Below, piece after piece: positions 24,073 through 37,299 of a stretch of 61,627 bases of DNA. The notes below the pieces were generated by a model that made no database searches, was not told where the DNA came from, and worked only from the letters and a program-made list of their open reading frames with translations. The stretch is taken from the NCBI RefSeq assembly GCF_004010195.1, contig NC_057719.1, forward strand, positions 7,479,372 to 7,540,998, given 5' to 3'. The stretch's first letter is position 1, and every line of letters starts with the position of its first letter. Both the position numbers and the translations under genes were made by a program. This DNA is from Chiloscyllium plagiosum. Lineage: Eukaryota.

Positions 24073-24944
24073 ATGCCATGAACCCAAAGAGTCTGGGGTC
24101 CATGTTGACAACTACCATATACCACTGTGCCACCTCTGATAATTCTGCCCTGTCATTGGGGTAGGATATACTAACATATGAAATAGGAGCAGAAGTAGGT
24201 TATTTTGGTCCCTTGAGCTTTTCTGCCATTCAGTCATATTATGGCTTGTCTGTCTGTGTTTTGAATTCCTCATTTTCATTTATCCCTAAACTTCTGATTC
24301 CCAAACCAAACATGGGTCTATTTGCCTGTGCCTTAAAAATATTTAATGACCCCAAGCCCTGCAAATTGAGCAGAGAGTTCCAAAGTTCCACAACTCTCTG
24401 AGAAAACATTGGTGACATTCCCACTGTACCACTGCCTTTCCTTAAGTGTGTCAAAGCATCAAAAGAAGAAAGCAAATGGCTATTAAAAGGTCCATGTAAC
24501 CACAGCTTTTCAGTATTACGCTTCCGTATGTGCATCACTAAGTATTGTTTTGGTCAAGAAATCCCATTCATTAACTACCTCTCCAGCAAACTAATCTGAA
24601 ATAAAATATCCAGTTTCATACATTTAATGAAGACACCAGCTCAACCTCACAACCATCACCATTCTCCCTTTCACAGTGTCTGATTTGTCATGCTGTTTAT
24701 CCAAGTCATAGATGAATAGAGATGTTGTCTAAATAACTAAATCTATCATCCTCTGTTCCCGTTGCAAACACTGTTCTGCACCTCATGACTTCATCCCTCT
24801 ACCTGATTGCATATTGCAATTTAACCAGACTGCTTGCAACTTCAACATCCTGTTTAACAATAAGATTAATTTTGACTGCACCATCAACAAGGATGACCAT
24901 TTCTACCTTCCTAACGTCACCGAACCTAGCCCTTGTCCTAGCCC

Positions 24945-25170
24945 TCACCTTGACCTCCCTCCACCTATCGCATTTCCAACGCCCCTCCCCCAAGTCCCTC
25001 CTCCCTATCTTTTATCTTAGCCTGCTGGACACCCTTTCCTCAAACCTGAAGAAGGGCTTATGCCCGAAACGTCGATTCTCCTGTTCCTTGGATGCTGCCT
25101 GACCTGCTGCGCTTTTCCAGCAGCACATTTTCAGCTCTGATCTCCAGCATCTGCAGCCCTCACTTTCTCC
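24945..25170 (+). mobile_element. PLE 3' terminus with intact hammerhead core
   Basis: C-rich region, then CUGAAGA-A-GGGC-UUAU-GCCC-GAAA-CGUC at 25046-25073, then the tail ...ccagcatctgcagccctcactttctcc. Confidence 0.82.
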
Positions 25171-25241
25171 TTGTCTTAGTATACGCTGCTGAAACTTACT
25201 TTACTATTTTCTACATGTATCAGTGTGTACATGTATACATT

Positions 25242-25510
25242 GGGGTGACACGATTGCTCAGCAGTTAGCACTGCTGCCTCACAGTGCCAGGGATCTGGGC
25301 TTGATTCCCACCTCACATGACTGTGCAAACTCCACACAGACAGACATTCTCCCTGTAGCTGTGTGGGTTTGCTCCCGTTTCCTCCCACAATCCAAAGATG
25401 TGCAGGTCAGGTGAATTGGCCATTCTAAATTGCCCATAGTGCTAGGTGCATTAGTCAGGGGTCTTGTTGGGCCGAAGGGCCTGTTTCCATACTGAAATGA
25501 ATCTAATTAA
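25242..25510 (+). mobile_element. tRNA-derived SINE (HE1-like)
   Basis: Degenerate A/B box head, gtgggtttgctcc core, gggccgaagggcctgtttcc tail. Confidence 0.8.
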
Positions 25511-27129
25511 ATCTGGCCTCCTGGTAAGTCCCCTAACTCTGTTCTACATCAGTTTAAACTCATTCAAACACATTGAGTCTTAGTCTGGCAATACCTTGAT
25601 TTTAACTTGCATCCTTATTCACAGATCTCTCTAAGCTCTCAACACTCCTCAATCTTCTCAAGACTTACCGGCCTCTGCAATCTCTGCTGTCCTCCAATTT
25701 TGACTTCTTGAGTTTCCCTGATTTTAATCACCCCACCATTGATGATATCTCTTCAGCAGTCTACGCCCTTAGCCCTGGAAATCTGTCTTCTTTAGCAATG
25801 ATGTGGAGCAGCTCTCCGAAAGCTAGTGCTTCCAAATAAACCTGTTGGACTATAACCTGGTGTTGTGTGATTTTTAACTCTCTTCTTTCGATCTTTTGTC
25901 TTCTTTAAGTCTTTCCTTAAAACCTTACTCTTTGACTAAGCTTTTGGTTACCTGCCTCCTTATGTGGTCTTGCTGAGAAATTTTGTTTCTCTATTTGTTA
26001 ATGGATTTGTTCATTGATCATGGAATATTTTATGCTTTAAGGGTGTTATGAATACAAATTGTTGTTGTCATCGAAAAAGACCTGCAGATTTCTGTTTTTG
26101 ATTCTGACAGTGAATAATTTTACACACTGCAGGAAATAAGTCTAGTTCCATTGATTGTTTCAATGAGGGGGCTTGCAGTTGGCAAAATTTGAAATAAATT
26201 AGTGTGTGAACAATCAACTAAAACAATGATTATTGCCTAATTTGTATCTTGTGTAGATGTTATTAACTGTCTTTATGTTAGAACAAACTGTACCCAAAGC
26301 AATAATCTTTGTTCTGTCTACACTGCTATCTTGGCTAAGTAGGAATTTTAACACAGTTACAAAAGAATTATCATTATTGAACAAGGCTGCACTGGGGAGT
26401 GGGGTAGAGGACATTTTTCAAGGTAAAGTTTTTCTGATCTGCTCTACATTAGCAGTGCAGAGGGGACAGTGGTTGAGTCCCATAATTGGTCTATATGCCC
26501 CTGGGTTAGAGGGATTAAAAGTTGAGCCAGCATTCCCACTGCTGATGATTTTACTATAAAGTGCATGAATGGACACTCAGATGTCCACAGACAAAAGACA
26601 ATCCAGACTCCAATTACTTGCTGATTCAAGCTGCAGTCTATGGCGGGGTGGGTGGCACAGGGAGGTAGCTAAGTACTAGAGGGCCTAAAAGCTTCTAAAA
26701 AGTTCCAGAGAGCCAACTTTAGACTTTCTAACTAGAACACTTTCCACTCCAGTGGCCACCTCGGACCTGTTTCCGGAATTGGCAGACCCCAACTCAATTC
26801 TCTCTTCTATCCCATCCAAGGAATTAAAATTGGATCAAACGTGGTCCTCTTAAACTGAGGTGGGTCTACCAATTTGGTAAGTTTCCCAATTTGAGCTACC
26901 CATCTCAGAAGTGAAAATCTGATTAAGTGTTGATCTTTTTCACATGCTGCAAGACCAGCTGAGTATTTGAAGTAATTTTTGAATTTTTTTTTGTTTGTTA
27001 GAGATTTAACAGTTTCTAACCTAGTACAGTTGTATGGAAAGGATGCAGCGAGTGGAAAGAGAAGGTATATCTGTCAATATTATTAAGTTACAAAATGAAT
27101 GATATGATCCAAGGCATAAAGTGTGGTAA

Positions 27130-27690
27130 TGGTACAAGAATCAGAAGATGCTTTATAAAACTTTGGTTAGACTGCACTTAGAGTATTGCATTAATTTCTG
27201 GTCACCATCTTACAGAAAGGATGTGGACGTTTTGGAGACACTGCAGAAGAGGTTTACCAGGATGCTGCCTGGGTTACAGGATATGAGCAATACAGAGAGG
27301 CTGGACAAACTTGGGTTATTTCCCTGGTGTGGTGAAGGCTGAAGGGAGGCCTGTTAGACATCTGTAAAATTATGAGGCATATATAGAGTTGACAGTCAGA
27401 ATCTTTTCTGAGTTGAAGCATCTAATACTAGAGGGCATTCATTTCAGGTAAGAGGGGAAAGATTTTTTACACTGAGTGGTAGGCGCCTGGAATGCACTAC
27501 CAGGGGTAGTGCTGGAGACAGATATGATAGGAGCATTTAAGGGTTTTTAAATAGGCATATGAAAAAGCAACAAATGGAAGAAAATGGACCATGACAGGCA
27601 GAAGGGATTAGTTTAATTTACCATAATGTTCAGCACAACATTGTAGGTTGAAGGGCCTGTTCCTGTGCTGTGTTATACTGTTCTATGTTC
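27130..27690 (+). mobile_element. CR1 3' fragment
   Basis: LYKTLVRLHLEYCINFWSP; ctgttctatgttct tail. Confidence 0.85.
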
Positions 27691-27827
27691 TGTGGGCATA
27701 GGGGAGATGCAGATGGCAACAGAAATATTGGCGTGTGTCCAAAACTCATACAAGCAGTGGTTATGATCTGAAAGTGTTGAAGTTCATACTGAGTCTTTAA
27801 GATTGCAATATGGATTGCATAAGACAA

Positions 27828-28495
27828 ATAGTTCATAATTCCTTGAAAGTAGAGTCACAGGTAGACAGGATAGTGGAAAAGACATTTGGTATGCTTGCCT
27901 TTTTGGTCAGTGCATTGAGCATAGGGGTTGGGACATCATGTTGTAGCTGTACAGGACATTGGTTAGGCCACTTTTGAAATACTGTGTGCAGTTCTGGTCT
28001 CCCTGCTATAGGAAGGATGTTGTGAAACTTGAAAGGGTTCAGAAAAGATTTACAAGGATTTGAGCTATAGGGAGAGGTTGAATAGGCTGGGTCTATCTTC
28101 CCTGGGGTGTTGGCAACTTAGGGGTGACCTTTTATAGAGGTTTATAAAGTAATGAGGGGCATGGATAGTGTGAATAGACAAGGTCTTTCCCTGGGATGGG
28201 GAAGTCCAAAACTAGAGGACATTTGTTGAAAGTGAGAGGGGAAAGATTTAAAAGGGATCTCAGGGGAAACTCTTTCAATTGGTGGTGTGTGTATTGAATG
28301 AGCTGCCAGAGGAAGTGGAGACTGGTACAATTACAACATGCGAAAGGCAACTGGATGGCTGTATAAATAGGAAGGGTTTAGAGGGATATAGGCCAAGTGT
28401 TGGCAAATGGGACTAGATTAATTTAGGATATCTGGTCAGCATGGACAATTTGGATCAAAGAGTCTGTTTCCATGCTTAACAGCTCTATGACTCTA
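27828..28495 (+). mobile_element. CR1 3' fragment
   Basis: Same family as 19715-20557 and 23405-24072; ctctatgactcta tail. Confidence 0.85.
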
Positions 28496-28665
28496 CATAG
28501 TATAAAACGGAGCTAATTGGTCCAACCAAAGTTGCCCTTTGAACTTCCTTACATTTTTTCCTCTTCTAAATCTACCATTGTAATTTTCTCCTTCATATGC
28601 ATCTCTAGTTCGTCCCTAAATACATTTAGACTCTTCATCTTAACCACTTCCTGTGGCAAACCTTT

Positions 28666-30354
28666 GATCAAAGAAAGAGTAGGGCCGATCAGGGATAGCA
28701 TAGAGAACTTGTGTATAGAGTCTGAGGAGGTAGGGGAAGCCCTAAATGAGATTTTTGCTTCTGTCTTTACTAAAGAAAAGGACCTTGTAGTGAATGAAAC
28801 CATTGAGGAGCAGGTAAGCATTCTGGAATGGATAGAGATTGAGGAAGCTGATGTGCTGAAAGTTTTGACAAACATTAAGATTGACAAGTCGCCAGGGCCA
28901 GACCAGATTTGTCCTCGGCTGCTTTGGGAAGCGAGAAATGTGATTGCTTCGCCGCTTGCGAAGATCTTTGCATCCTCGCTCTCCACCGGAGTCGTACCTG
29001 AGGACTGGAGGGAGGCAAATGTAATTCCTCTCTTCAAGAAAGGAAATCGGGAAATCCCCAGCAATTACAGATTCTGAGGGATAGGATTTATGACCATCTG
29101 GAAGAGCATGGCTTGATTAACTGCAGTCAGCACGGCTTTGTGAGGGGCAGGTCATGCCTACAAATCTTACTGAGTTCTTTGAGGATGTTACTAGATAAGT
29201 TGATGAGGGTTGAGCGGTGGATGTGGTGTATATGGACTTCAGCAAGGCATTTGATAAGGTTCCCCATGGTAGGCTCGTTCAGAAGGTCAGGAGGAATGGG
29301 ATACAGGGAAATTTAGCTGTCTGGATACAGAATTGGCTGGTTGACAGAAGACAGCGAGTGGTAGTATTCTGCTTGGAAGTCAGTGGTGAGTGGTGTTCCA
29401 CCGGGCTCTGTTCTTGGGCCTCTACTCTTTGTAATTTTTATTAATGACTTGGATGACGAGATTGAAGGATGGGTTAGCAAGTTTGCAGATGACACAAAGG
29501 TTGTAGGTGTCATTGACACTATAGAGGGCTGTTGTAGGCTGCAGCAGGACATTGACAGGATGCAGAGATGGGCTGAGAGGTGGCAGATGGAGTTCAACCT
29601 GATTAAATGCGAAGTGAAAGTTGAGTACAGGAGTAAAGACAGGATTCTTGGCAGTGTGGAGGAACAGTGGGCTCTTGGTGTGTAGGTACATAGATCCCTT
29701 AAAATTGCCACCCAAGTGGACAGGGTTGTTAAGAAAGAATATGGTGTTTTGGCTTTCATTAACAGGGGGATTGAGTTTAAGAGCCGTGAGGTCTTGTTGC
29801 AGCTCTATTAAACTTTGGTTAGACCGCACTTGGAATACTGTGTCCAGTTCTGGTCGCCCTATTATAGGAACGATGTGAATGCTTTGGAGAGGGTTCAGAG
29901 GAGGTTTACCAGGGTGCTGCCTGGAATGGAGGGCTTATCTGATGAAGAGAGGTTGACTGAGCTCGGACTTTTTTCATTGGAAAAAAGGAAGAGAGGGGAC
30001 CTAATTGAGGTGTACAAGATAATGAGAGGCATAGGTAGAGTTGATAGCCAAGAGACTTTTTCCCAGGGCAGAAATTGTTAACACGAGAAGTCATAGTTTT
30101 AAGCTGTTTGGCGGAAAGTATAGAGGGGAGGCCAGAGGTGGGTTCTTTACACAGAGAGTTGTGGAGCATAGCATGCGTTGCCAGCAGCAGTTGTGAAAGC
30201 GAGGTCATTGGGGATATTTAAGAGACTGCTGGACATGCATATGGTCACCGAAGTTTGAGGGATCACACATTAGGCTTGCCTTGCATGAGGATCAATGGTC
30301 GGCACAACATCGTGGGCTGAAGGGCCTGTTCTGTGCTGTACTGTTCTATGTTCT
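28666..30354 (+). mobile_element. CR1 ORF2 3' 1.7 kb with internal deletions
   Basis: DKSPGPD, VPEDWREANVIPLFKKG, YMDFSKAFDKVPH, GVPPGSVLGPLLF, KFADDTKV; ctgttctatgttcta tail. Confidence 0.92.
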
Positions 30355-30724
30355 AAAATGTTAACAAAATGTTCTTAAAACATTCAGTAATAAAAACAAT
30401 GCTAGAGAAACTCAGCAGGTCTGGCAGCATCTGTAGAAGAGAAGCAAAGTTAATATTTCAAGTCTGATTGACTTCCTTCTGATATCTCTTGAGCTAAAAC
30501 CTAGAATTCTATTTTCATTTTTATAGTCTAATTAATTGTACCTTGTGCAGGCCATACCATCATGCAGTAAGTTGCTAACTATGTTCTGTGAGCTTTTATT
30601 TGAGCTGTTTATTTATAACTGACTGTACTCCACAGGATCCAGTGCAGCAAAGGTTAATAGTTACTGCTTTTAAAATAGTTGAAAATTTGTAATATTCTTT
30701 ATGCCAATAAAATTGTTTCTTCAG

Positions 30725-30927
30725 CTTCAGGCCATCCACATTCTTTTTACTGCCACCTTGAACTGGGATCTGACCGGGAGGTGCCTGTTAGTTTTGCCCA
30801 CTATGTGGATGTGGAATTTGACATGCCCAGTACTTCAGCATCCAAAGCAGCAGTTAGATCGATTGGAGTGGCTAATAAGAGTGATGTGAGAAAATGGGTT
30901 GTTTACAAAGCTCACTACAGTTATCAG
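30725..30927 (+). CDS. STON2: Stonin-2 penultimate coding exon (C-terminal part of mu-homology domain)
   Basis: Acceptor tttctttcAG ends at 30724. Joined in phase 1 to 16151 it reads (A)SGHPHSFYCHLELGSDREVPVSFAHYVDVEFDMPSTSASKAAVRSIGVANKSDVRKWVVYKAHYSYQ, collinear with stonin-2. Donor CAG|GTACAC at 30928 (phase 0). Confidence 0.95.
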
Positions 30928-30968
30928 GTACACTTTTTATTTTGTATTCACTATATGGGACGTTACTA

Positions 30969-31183
30969 CAGATCGTTCTGATATAACAGACCTCTTGTTA
31001 ACACAAAGTGGCTATAACGCGATTGACGAATCATGGTTGCTGTTTGAATAATGCAAATATTCTACTGAATGGGCATAGCGATTTTTTTAAAAATGTAACA
31101 ATCTTCTACAGTGTAATTTTCCATAGCAGTTTTCCATAGTGTAATTTTCAATAGCAACCATCACGTTATAGCAGAACAACCTG
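30969..31183. mobile_element. Tc1/mariner-type MITE
   Basis: 19-bp TIRs (16/19 match: cagatcgttctgatataac / gttatagcagaacaacctg) with TA on both sides (30967-68, 31184-85). Confidence 0.82.
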
Positions 31184-31995
31184 TATTTCATTTACTTTCT
31201 TTTAAAAAATGAACACTTTGTACAAAAGAACCAATATCTTAAGTTGCAAAAAGCTCAAACCTATATATCCCTCACATCCACTTCTCTCCCTGAGGCTTTT
31301 TTAAAGATTAATTTGAGATGTGGGCTATGATGACTAGGCCAGCATTTATTGCCCTTCCCTAATTGCTCAGAAGGCTGTTAAGAGTCAAACACATTGGTGT
31401 GTGTCTGGAGTCGCACATAGAAAAGATTAGATAAAGAGAACAGTTTACTTTCCTAAAGGACATTAGTGAACCAGATGGTTTTTTGACAATTGGCAATGAT
31501 TTCATGGTCATCATCCGGTTTCTTTTATGACCTGGGTCACTGGATTAATAATCTAGAGATAAACCTCTAGTCCCAAAAGTAGAGATTGCTGGAAAAGCTC
31601 AGCATCTGTGGAGAGAAATCAAGTTAACATTTCGAGTTGAGTGACCCTTCCTTGTAACTGAGGAAGTTCTGACTTCTAGGCCATTGCTTCTTCCCCCACT
31701 AAAATTTATTGCTGAATTGCTCATGCCATATAAATTCCTATCAAAGGTTCCTATACCATAAATCAATAAACCAAACTACAAGGAAAATACAAAAGAATAG
31801 GATAACCCAATCTTCTTCTGCTGTAAATATTTCTATTCATTCATAGGATCTGGGTATTGCTGGCAAAACCAGCACTCATTGCCCATCCCTAGTTGCCCTT
31901 TTTGTGTTAGCCACTGGAATATCCTTTGTCTTGCAGTGTTCTTATATTTTCAAACCACAATCTTGCAACAAATGGGAATAGTTACAAAATAAGTT

Positions 31996-32306
31996 AAATT
32001 AGATTACTTACAGTGTGGAAACAGGCCCTCCAGCCCAACAAGTCCACACCGACCCATCGAAGCGCAACCCACCCATTCCCCTACATTTACCCCTTTACCT
32101 AACACTACGGGCAATTTAGCATGGCCAATTCACCTGACCTGCACATCTTTGGACTGTGGGAGGAAACCGGAGCACCCAGAGGAGACCCACGCAGACACGG
32201 GGAGAATGTGCAAACTCCACACAGTCAGTCGCCTGAGTCAGGAATTGAACCCGGGTCTCTAGCGCTGTGAGGCAGCAGTGCTAACCACTGTACCATCGTG
32301 CCACCC
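31996..32306 (-). mobile_element. HE1-like tRNA-derived SINE
   Basis: Reverse complement of the 36002-36300 type; B box ggttcaattcc; gtaagtaatctaa tail. Confidence 0.88.
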
Positions 32307-32334
32307 ACATTCATGAAAATACCACCTTTTCCAG

Positions 32335-33050
32335 AGCATTACAGAATCACAAAATTGTTACAACACAGAAGAAAGCAATTCGCCCAGCTTGTCTGCTTCA
32401 GTTCTCCAAATGAACAGTGCACTTTTCCAGCTTCTCTTTGTAACTCTGCATACTCTTCCTTTGCAGATAGTTTCAGTTGAGATATTCAAGATGGAATTAA
32501 ATTATCTCCACCACACTGTCATGCAGCAAATACCAGATCTTAACCCAGTTGCTGTGTGAAAACTTTTATCCTCATGTCTTCATTACTTTTGTTGCTAATT
32601 ACCTTAAACCTGTGCCCTCTCATTCTCAATACTTCCAATAGTGGGACCAGTTTCTTCATCTCTGCCCTATGCAGACTCCTGATATTTGAATACCTTCAAT
32701 AAATCTATCCTCAACACTCTCTCTGTTACAAGGAAGACAGTACCAAATTCTCCAATCCATCCACATTACTGAAGTTCCTCATCCCTGGAACATGCTTTAT
32801 GATTCTTTTCTGCACTCTAATGCCTTTACATCTTTCCTTAAGTGTAATGCCCCGATTGGAAGCAATTCCAGTTGAGACCAAACTTCTTCACAAGTTCAAC
32901 ATAACCTACTTGCTCTTGTACTCTGTCCATATTGATAAAACCTAGGATCCTCATATGGTTTATTAACTGCATTCTCAACCTGACCTTTCAATAACTTCCA
33001 CACATACACCCAGATCCCTCTCCACATACATCCATCCACATTAGAATTAT
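32335..33050 (-). mobile_element. Old CR1 3' fragment
   Basis: ccttaaacctgtgccctct and tacacccagatccctct motifs shared with other minus-strand CR1 copies. Confidence 0.65.
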
Positions 33051-33213
33051 TGATTTTAAAACTGGTATGTTTTGTTTTCTTATTTGGCAAAGATAGAAGT
33101 CATCATGTTATTCTTTTACTATGGCAGTTGTGCAATGTGATTTTATTCTGGAATAATTTTAAAAGCAGCACTAATGTCATCTGCATTGATACTTCTATTT
33201 CAATTTTGTTCAG

Positions 33214-33297
33214 GTGGAAATGGAACAGAAAAAAATTCAGGCTGCAAATGTGGACGGTATGGAAACTGATCATCCAAATGAGTGTGTTCAGCAATGA
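33214..33297 (+). CDS. STON2: Stonin-2 terminal coding exon, VEMEQKKIQAANVDGMETDHPNECVQQ*
   Basis: Acceptor ttttgttcAG ends at 33213, phase 0 as required. The peptide resembles the VEIEQKK...ECGVQ C-terminus I recall for mammalian stonin-2. TGA at 33295-33297. Not listed in this frame in the ORF track. Confidence 0.9.
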   Translation: MEMEQKKIQAANVDGMETDHPNECVQQ

Positions 33298-36001
33298 AAC
33301 CCTCTAAATTCAGAAGCAAGATAATCGACTTAGTACTTTTACGATGGAAATTCAACCCGTCTATATATCAAATAGCACAATGCTGCTATTATACAAGTTT
33401 CAAGCACTGAAGAGAACAAAAGAGAATTTTGAATTCAGTATTTTATGAATTTGATTGGGCCAAGATACCGTGGCAGGAGCAGTTAAGAACCTGGATGACA
33501 GAACAAGTGTGGATTAAATTCCTCTGTACAGATTTTACGGTCATTCTCACTAAATAATGCATAACTGATATTATTTTTAATCTTGTGCATACTCAGAAAC
33601 TTAAGCAAAGTTGAGAAATGTGGGGAATACAAGTCATATTTTAGGGTAAATATTGATCTTTTATTTTGTTGTTGTTTTCCCATTTCTTTGGGGGTAGAAG
33701 ACAAGAATCATCTCACATTTGCATTCAGGAGCCCTCTTTGCCCTTGCCTTCCTGTTCAGTGTGTATCTGAGATTGAGGTTTGTTAACGGATACTTTTTCA
33801 AATGGCTCTGAAATGAAAATGTTGAAATTTAAAGATGCACTGGTTCATTCCTTTGATCTGCTGAGAGATGATAGTTTTCAAACTCCATGATTGTCTATTT
33901 TTTAAAAATTGAATAGCCTTTGGAACAATGAGGTCTTGTACTTGAAAATTAAATGTTTTGCAGAGCTGCAAACAATTATTTTATTGCTAATATTCTATTT
34001 CAGTTCAACACTGATTTCTTAGTTAGATAGACATTCTGACTGTCATACTGACTAGGAATACAGATTCAAGCCCCAGCCTGAGGTGAATTTGCTGATCTCA
34101 CTTCTGGCATCAATGCTATAATTAGCCTCAGCATCTTTGGCACAGCAAAGAAAAGAATCAGCTCAAATTTGCGTCATTTGTTAAATTCAGTATGAACCAC
34201 TCGGTATCCTAACTCATAAGTTATGCAAGTCTAGAAGGTGCCAGTTTCTGTGGAAAACACAATCAATCAATAATATCAACAGGAAACAATTACATAAGGA
34301 CTTTGTCGATTATTACTAAATCTCCATAACTTCCGCAATTATGATATCTTTGGACAAAAATTGAATCTTTATCATTCTATTCAATTTTAAAAATCAAATT
34401 ATAATACATAGCTCAGTACTAGGATGTGAGATAAACATTTATACAATAGAGCAGAAAGGGGAGATAATTATGGATCTAAACTGTAAATTAGTATGCCTAG
34501 GCTGGAAGGTGAATTGTACAAGAATGCAAAGGTGAAGATAGTACAAGGGCAAGAAGGAGGAAAATGGAACAGTAGTTTGTATCTAATATTTCTGTATTGG
34601 GTACAGGTTCCTTAAATTAGACATTGCTGCAAGTGTCACAGCAGGCATCATCAGATAGCTTGACTAAAATAATGTTGCTGAACAAGTATTGGTAATGTTA
34701 ACAAAATACTAATATTGCAAAACTTTTCTATTTGAATTGCACAAAGAATTGGAGGAAGGATATTAAATCTTTTAGTTCGTGCAAGGGAGATTTATTAGAA
34801 AAAAACCAGGAAGTTGAAACGTCAATTATGTGTAGAGGCTAGAAAAACGTGTATTGTTCTTTTGAGCAGAGAAGGTTAATAGGAGGTTGAAGAGAGGTTT
34901 GATTTTGGTAGATAATGTTTCCACTGGCAGCAGACCAGGTGACCAGAGGATGCAGATTTATGAAAATTAGCCAAAGAACCAGAGAAAATGTCTTGTCTTT
35001 CCACAGAGAATTATGATCTGGAATAGATTGTGGAATCTGATGCGCTCTAACTTTCAAAAGGAATTAGATATATTTGAAAAAGAGAAATGTGTTTGGATGT
35101 GGGATTTGGTTACTGGGATTGATTGGATAGATCATAAAATCAGCATAACTAGGCTATTCAGCCCACTGAAGCTGCTGCGGCATTTAGTGAAATAATGGCT
35201 GATCTGATGATCCTCGGCTTCATTTCTTCCCTTTCCTCAGTAACCCTTGATTCCCTTATTGATCAAAAATGTGTCTATTATATAGATAAAGATAACTCTC
35301 ACAATACATCAACACAGATATCTGAGCCAAATGGCTTCTCATTCCTGCGATGTGATACCTTTATAGCAATAGGTCATAATTAACAGGATGTTAAGTATGT
35401 GAGACCTAAAGGAAACTTTTAACATATTATAGTTTGTTTGTACTTTTCATGATTATAGTCTGTATATTCTGAAAACTGGAAGGATATTGAGATACCAAGG
35501 GTGTGCATTTATTCAAGAAGAAATGCTGGGATCAGTTTTGGGTGCAAAGCCAGAAGGTTTAAAACTAAATCATTTTTTTTTGAGTCTTGAAACAAAATGT
35601 ATCGTATGCGCAGGCATCAGAAATAAATATGTGCACTTAATATAGCATTTTATCCCTTTGCAAATATTTTTATTTTTAAGTATAGTGTTGCTGAGTGAGA
35701 CCAAACTGGTTGTGTGCATTATTTAGTGGAAGTGATTCGCAACTCAACAGTTTCATTGTCAAAACATAATGAGCTGCAGACTGTTACCTAAAAGCATTAT
35801 CTGTACTTTAGGCTATTATGAGATAGTAATCCTTAATCAGAAGCAGAAGAAAGATTTATAGTCATAGAAAAATTATGGCAAAGAAAGAGGTTACTCAGTT
35901 CATCAAGTCATCTAGCTGAAATTTACCTCACTGCCCATTCTTATCGCACCTTTAGAACCTGGTACATATCCTTGCAAGTTACACTTCAGGTACAGATCGT
36001 A

Positions 36002-36300
36002 GGCGGCACGGTGGCACTGTGGTTAGCACTGTTGCCTCACAGCGCCAGAGACCTGGGTTCAATTCCCACCTCAGGTGACTGACCGTGTGGAGTTTGCACA
36101 TTCTCCCCGTGTCTGCGTGGGTTTCCTCCGGGTGCTCCGGTTTCCTCCCAAAAATGTCCAGGTCAGGTAAATTGGCCATGCTAAATTGCCCATAGTGTGA
36201 GCTGCAGGGGAATGGGTCTGGGTGGGTTGTGCTTTGGCGAGTCGGTGTGGACTTGTTGGGCCGAAGGGCCTGTTTCCACACTGTAAGTAATCTAATCTAA
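36002..36300 (+). mobile_element. HE1-like tRNA-derived SINE
   Basis: ggcggcacggtggcactgtggttagc (A box), gggttcaattccc (B box), CR1-like tail and (aatct)n end. Confidence 0.9.
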
Positions 36301-36487
36301 AGATCCAGATTCCTTTTTAAACAAGCCGTAGGTTTTTGCCTCCCATCACCAAGCCATTAGATAAGCATAACTAGGCCATTCAGCCTATTGAATCTGCTGT
36401 GCCAAATTCCAGCCACCAACCACGCTCTGGGTGAAAAGGATTTTCCTTGTTTCCCCTCTATTTCTATTAATTGCCTTAAATCCATCA

Positions 36488-36755
36488 AAAAACTGAATTG
36501 CAGATGCTGGAAATCAGAAACAAAATCAAAACTGAAATTTCTGGAAAAGCTGAGTAGGTCTGGCAGCATCTGTGGAGAGAAATAAGGGTTAATGTTTCAG
36601 GTCGAGTGACCCTTTTTCAGAACTGATGGTAATTATACAGAAGATAGGGTGGGGAGAATAAACGAAAGGGAGAGATACGAGTCCAAAGAGAGAGCTGAAC
36701 AGTTGGACAAACAAATGAGTGGTGAAAGATCACTGTGGGGATTGAATAGCTGCTA
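36488..36755 (-). mobile_element. PLE terminus, fourth hammerhead family (degenerate)
   Basis: Minus strand CUGAaaa-A-GGGUC-acuc-GACCU-GAAA-CAUUA at about 36590-36620; related copies near 30395-30480, 31575-31670, 40270-40350 and 47280-47320. Confidence 0.65.
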
Positions 36756-37299
36756 AATCCACTCTTTGAGAAACCATTCAGAGGAGCAGGACTTTCCTGA
36801 CTGCTCTATCAAGGCCCCCTATTTAATACACTTCATTTAACTCACCCCTCCGCCTCCTGTATGCTAAGATAAATAACCTTAGCATATCCAATATTTCCAC
36901 AAGCCTTGGTAATTCTTGTAAATCTTCTCTGTACTCTTCCCACAACAATTATGCCTTCCTGTTATGGCCTGAACTGTATGCAGAATTCCAGCTGTGCCTT
37001 AACCAATATATTTATACAGTTCCAGCATGACATCTGCTTTTGTATTCTATACTTTCATCAAATAAAGTAAAACATTCCATCTATTACAATCTTGATTGGC
37101 AAATGGAACTAGTTCAGTTCAGGAAAACTGGTCAGCATGGATGGGTTAGGCTGAAGAGTATGTTTACATGCAGTATGACTCTGTGACTCTCTCACTTCCT
37201 CTACTCCTCTCAATATCCTTTGTTTTGTGTATTTCCTTGGTTTGTTTGCTTTCCCCACATGCATTAATTCACATTCCTGCAGCTTTAAATTTATTTGTC

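Noticed and set aside
33298..35700. STON2 polyadenylation site
   Set aside because: Several candidate hexamers (ATTAAA near 33513 and 33948, AATAAA at 35622) cannot be ranked without transcript data.
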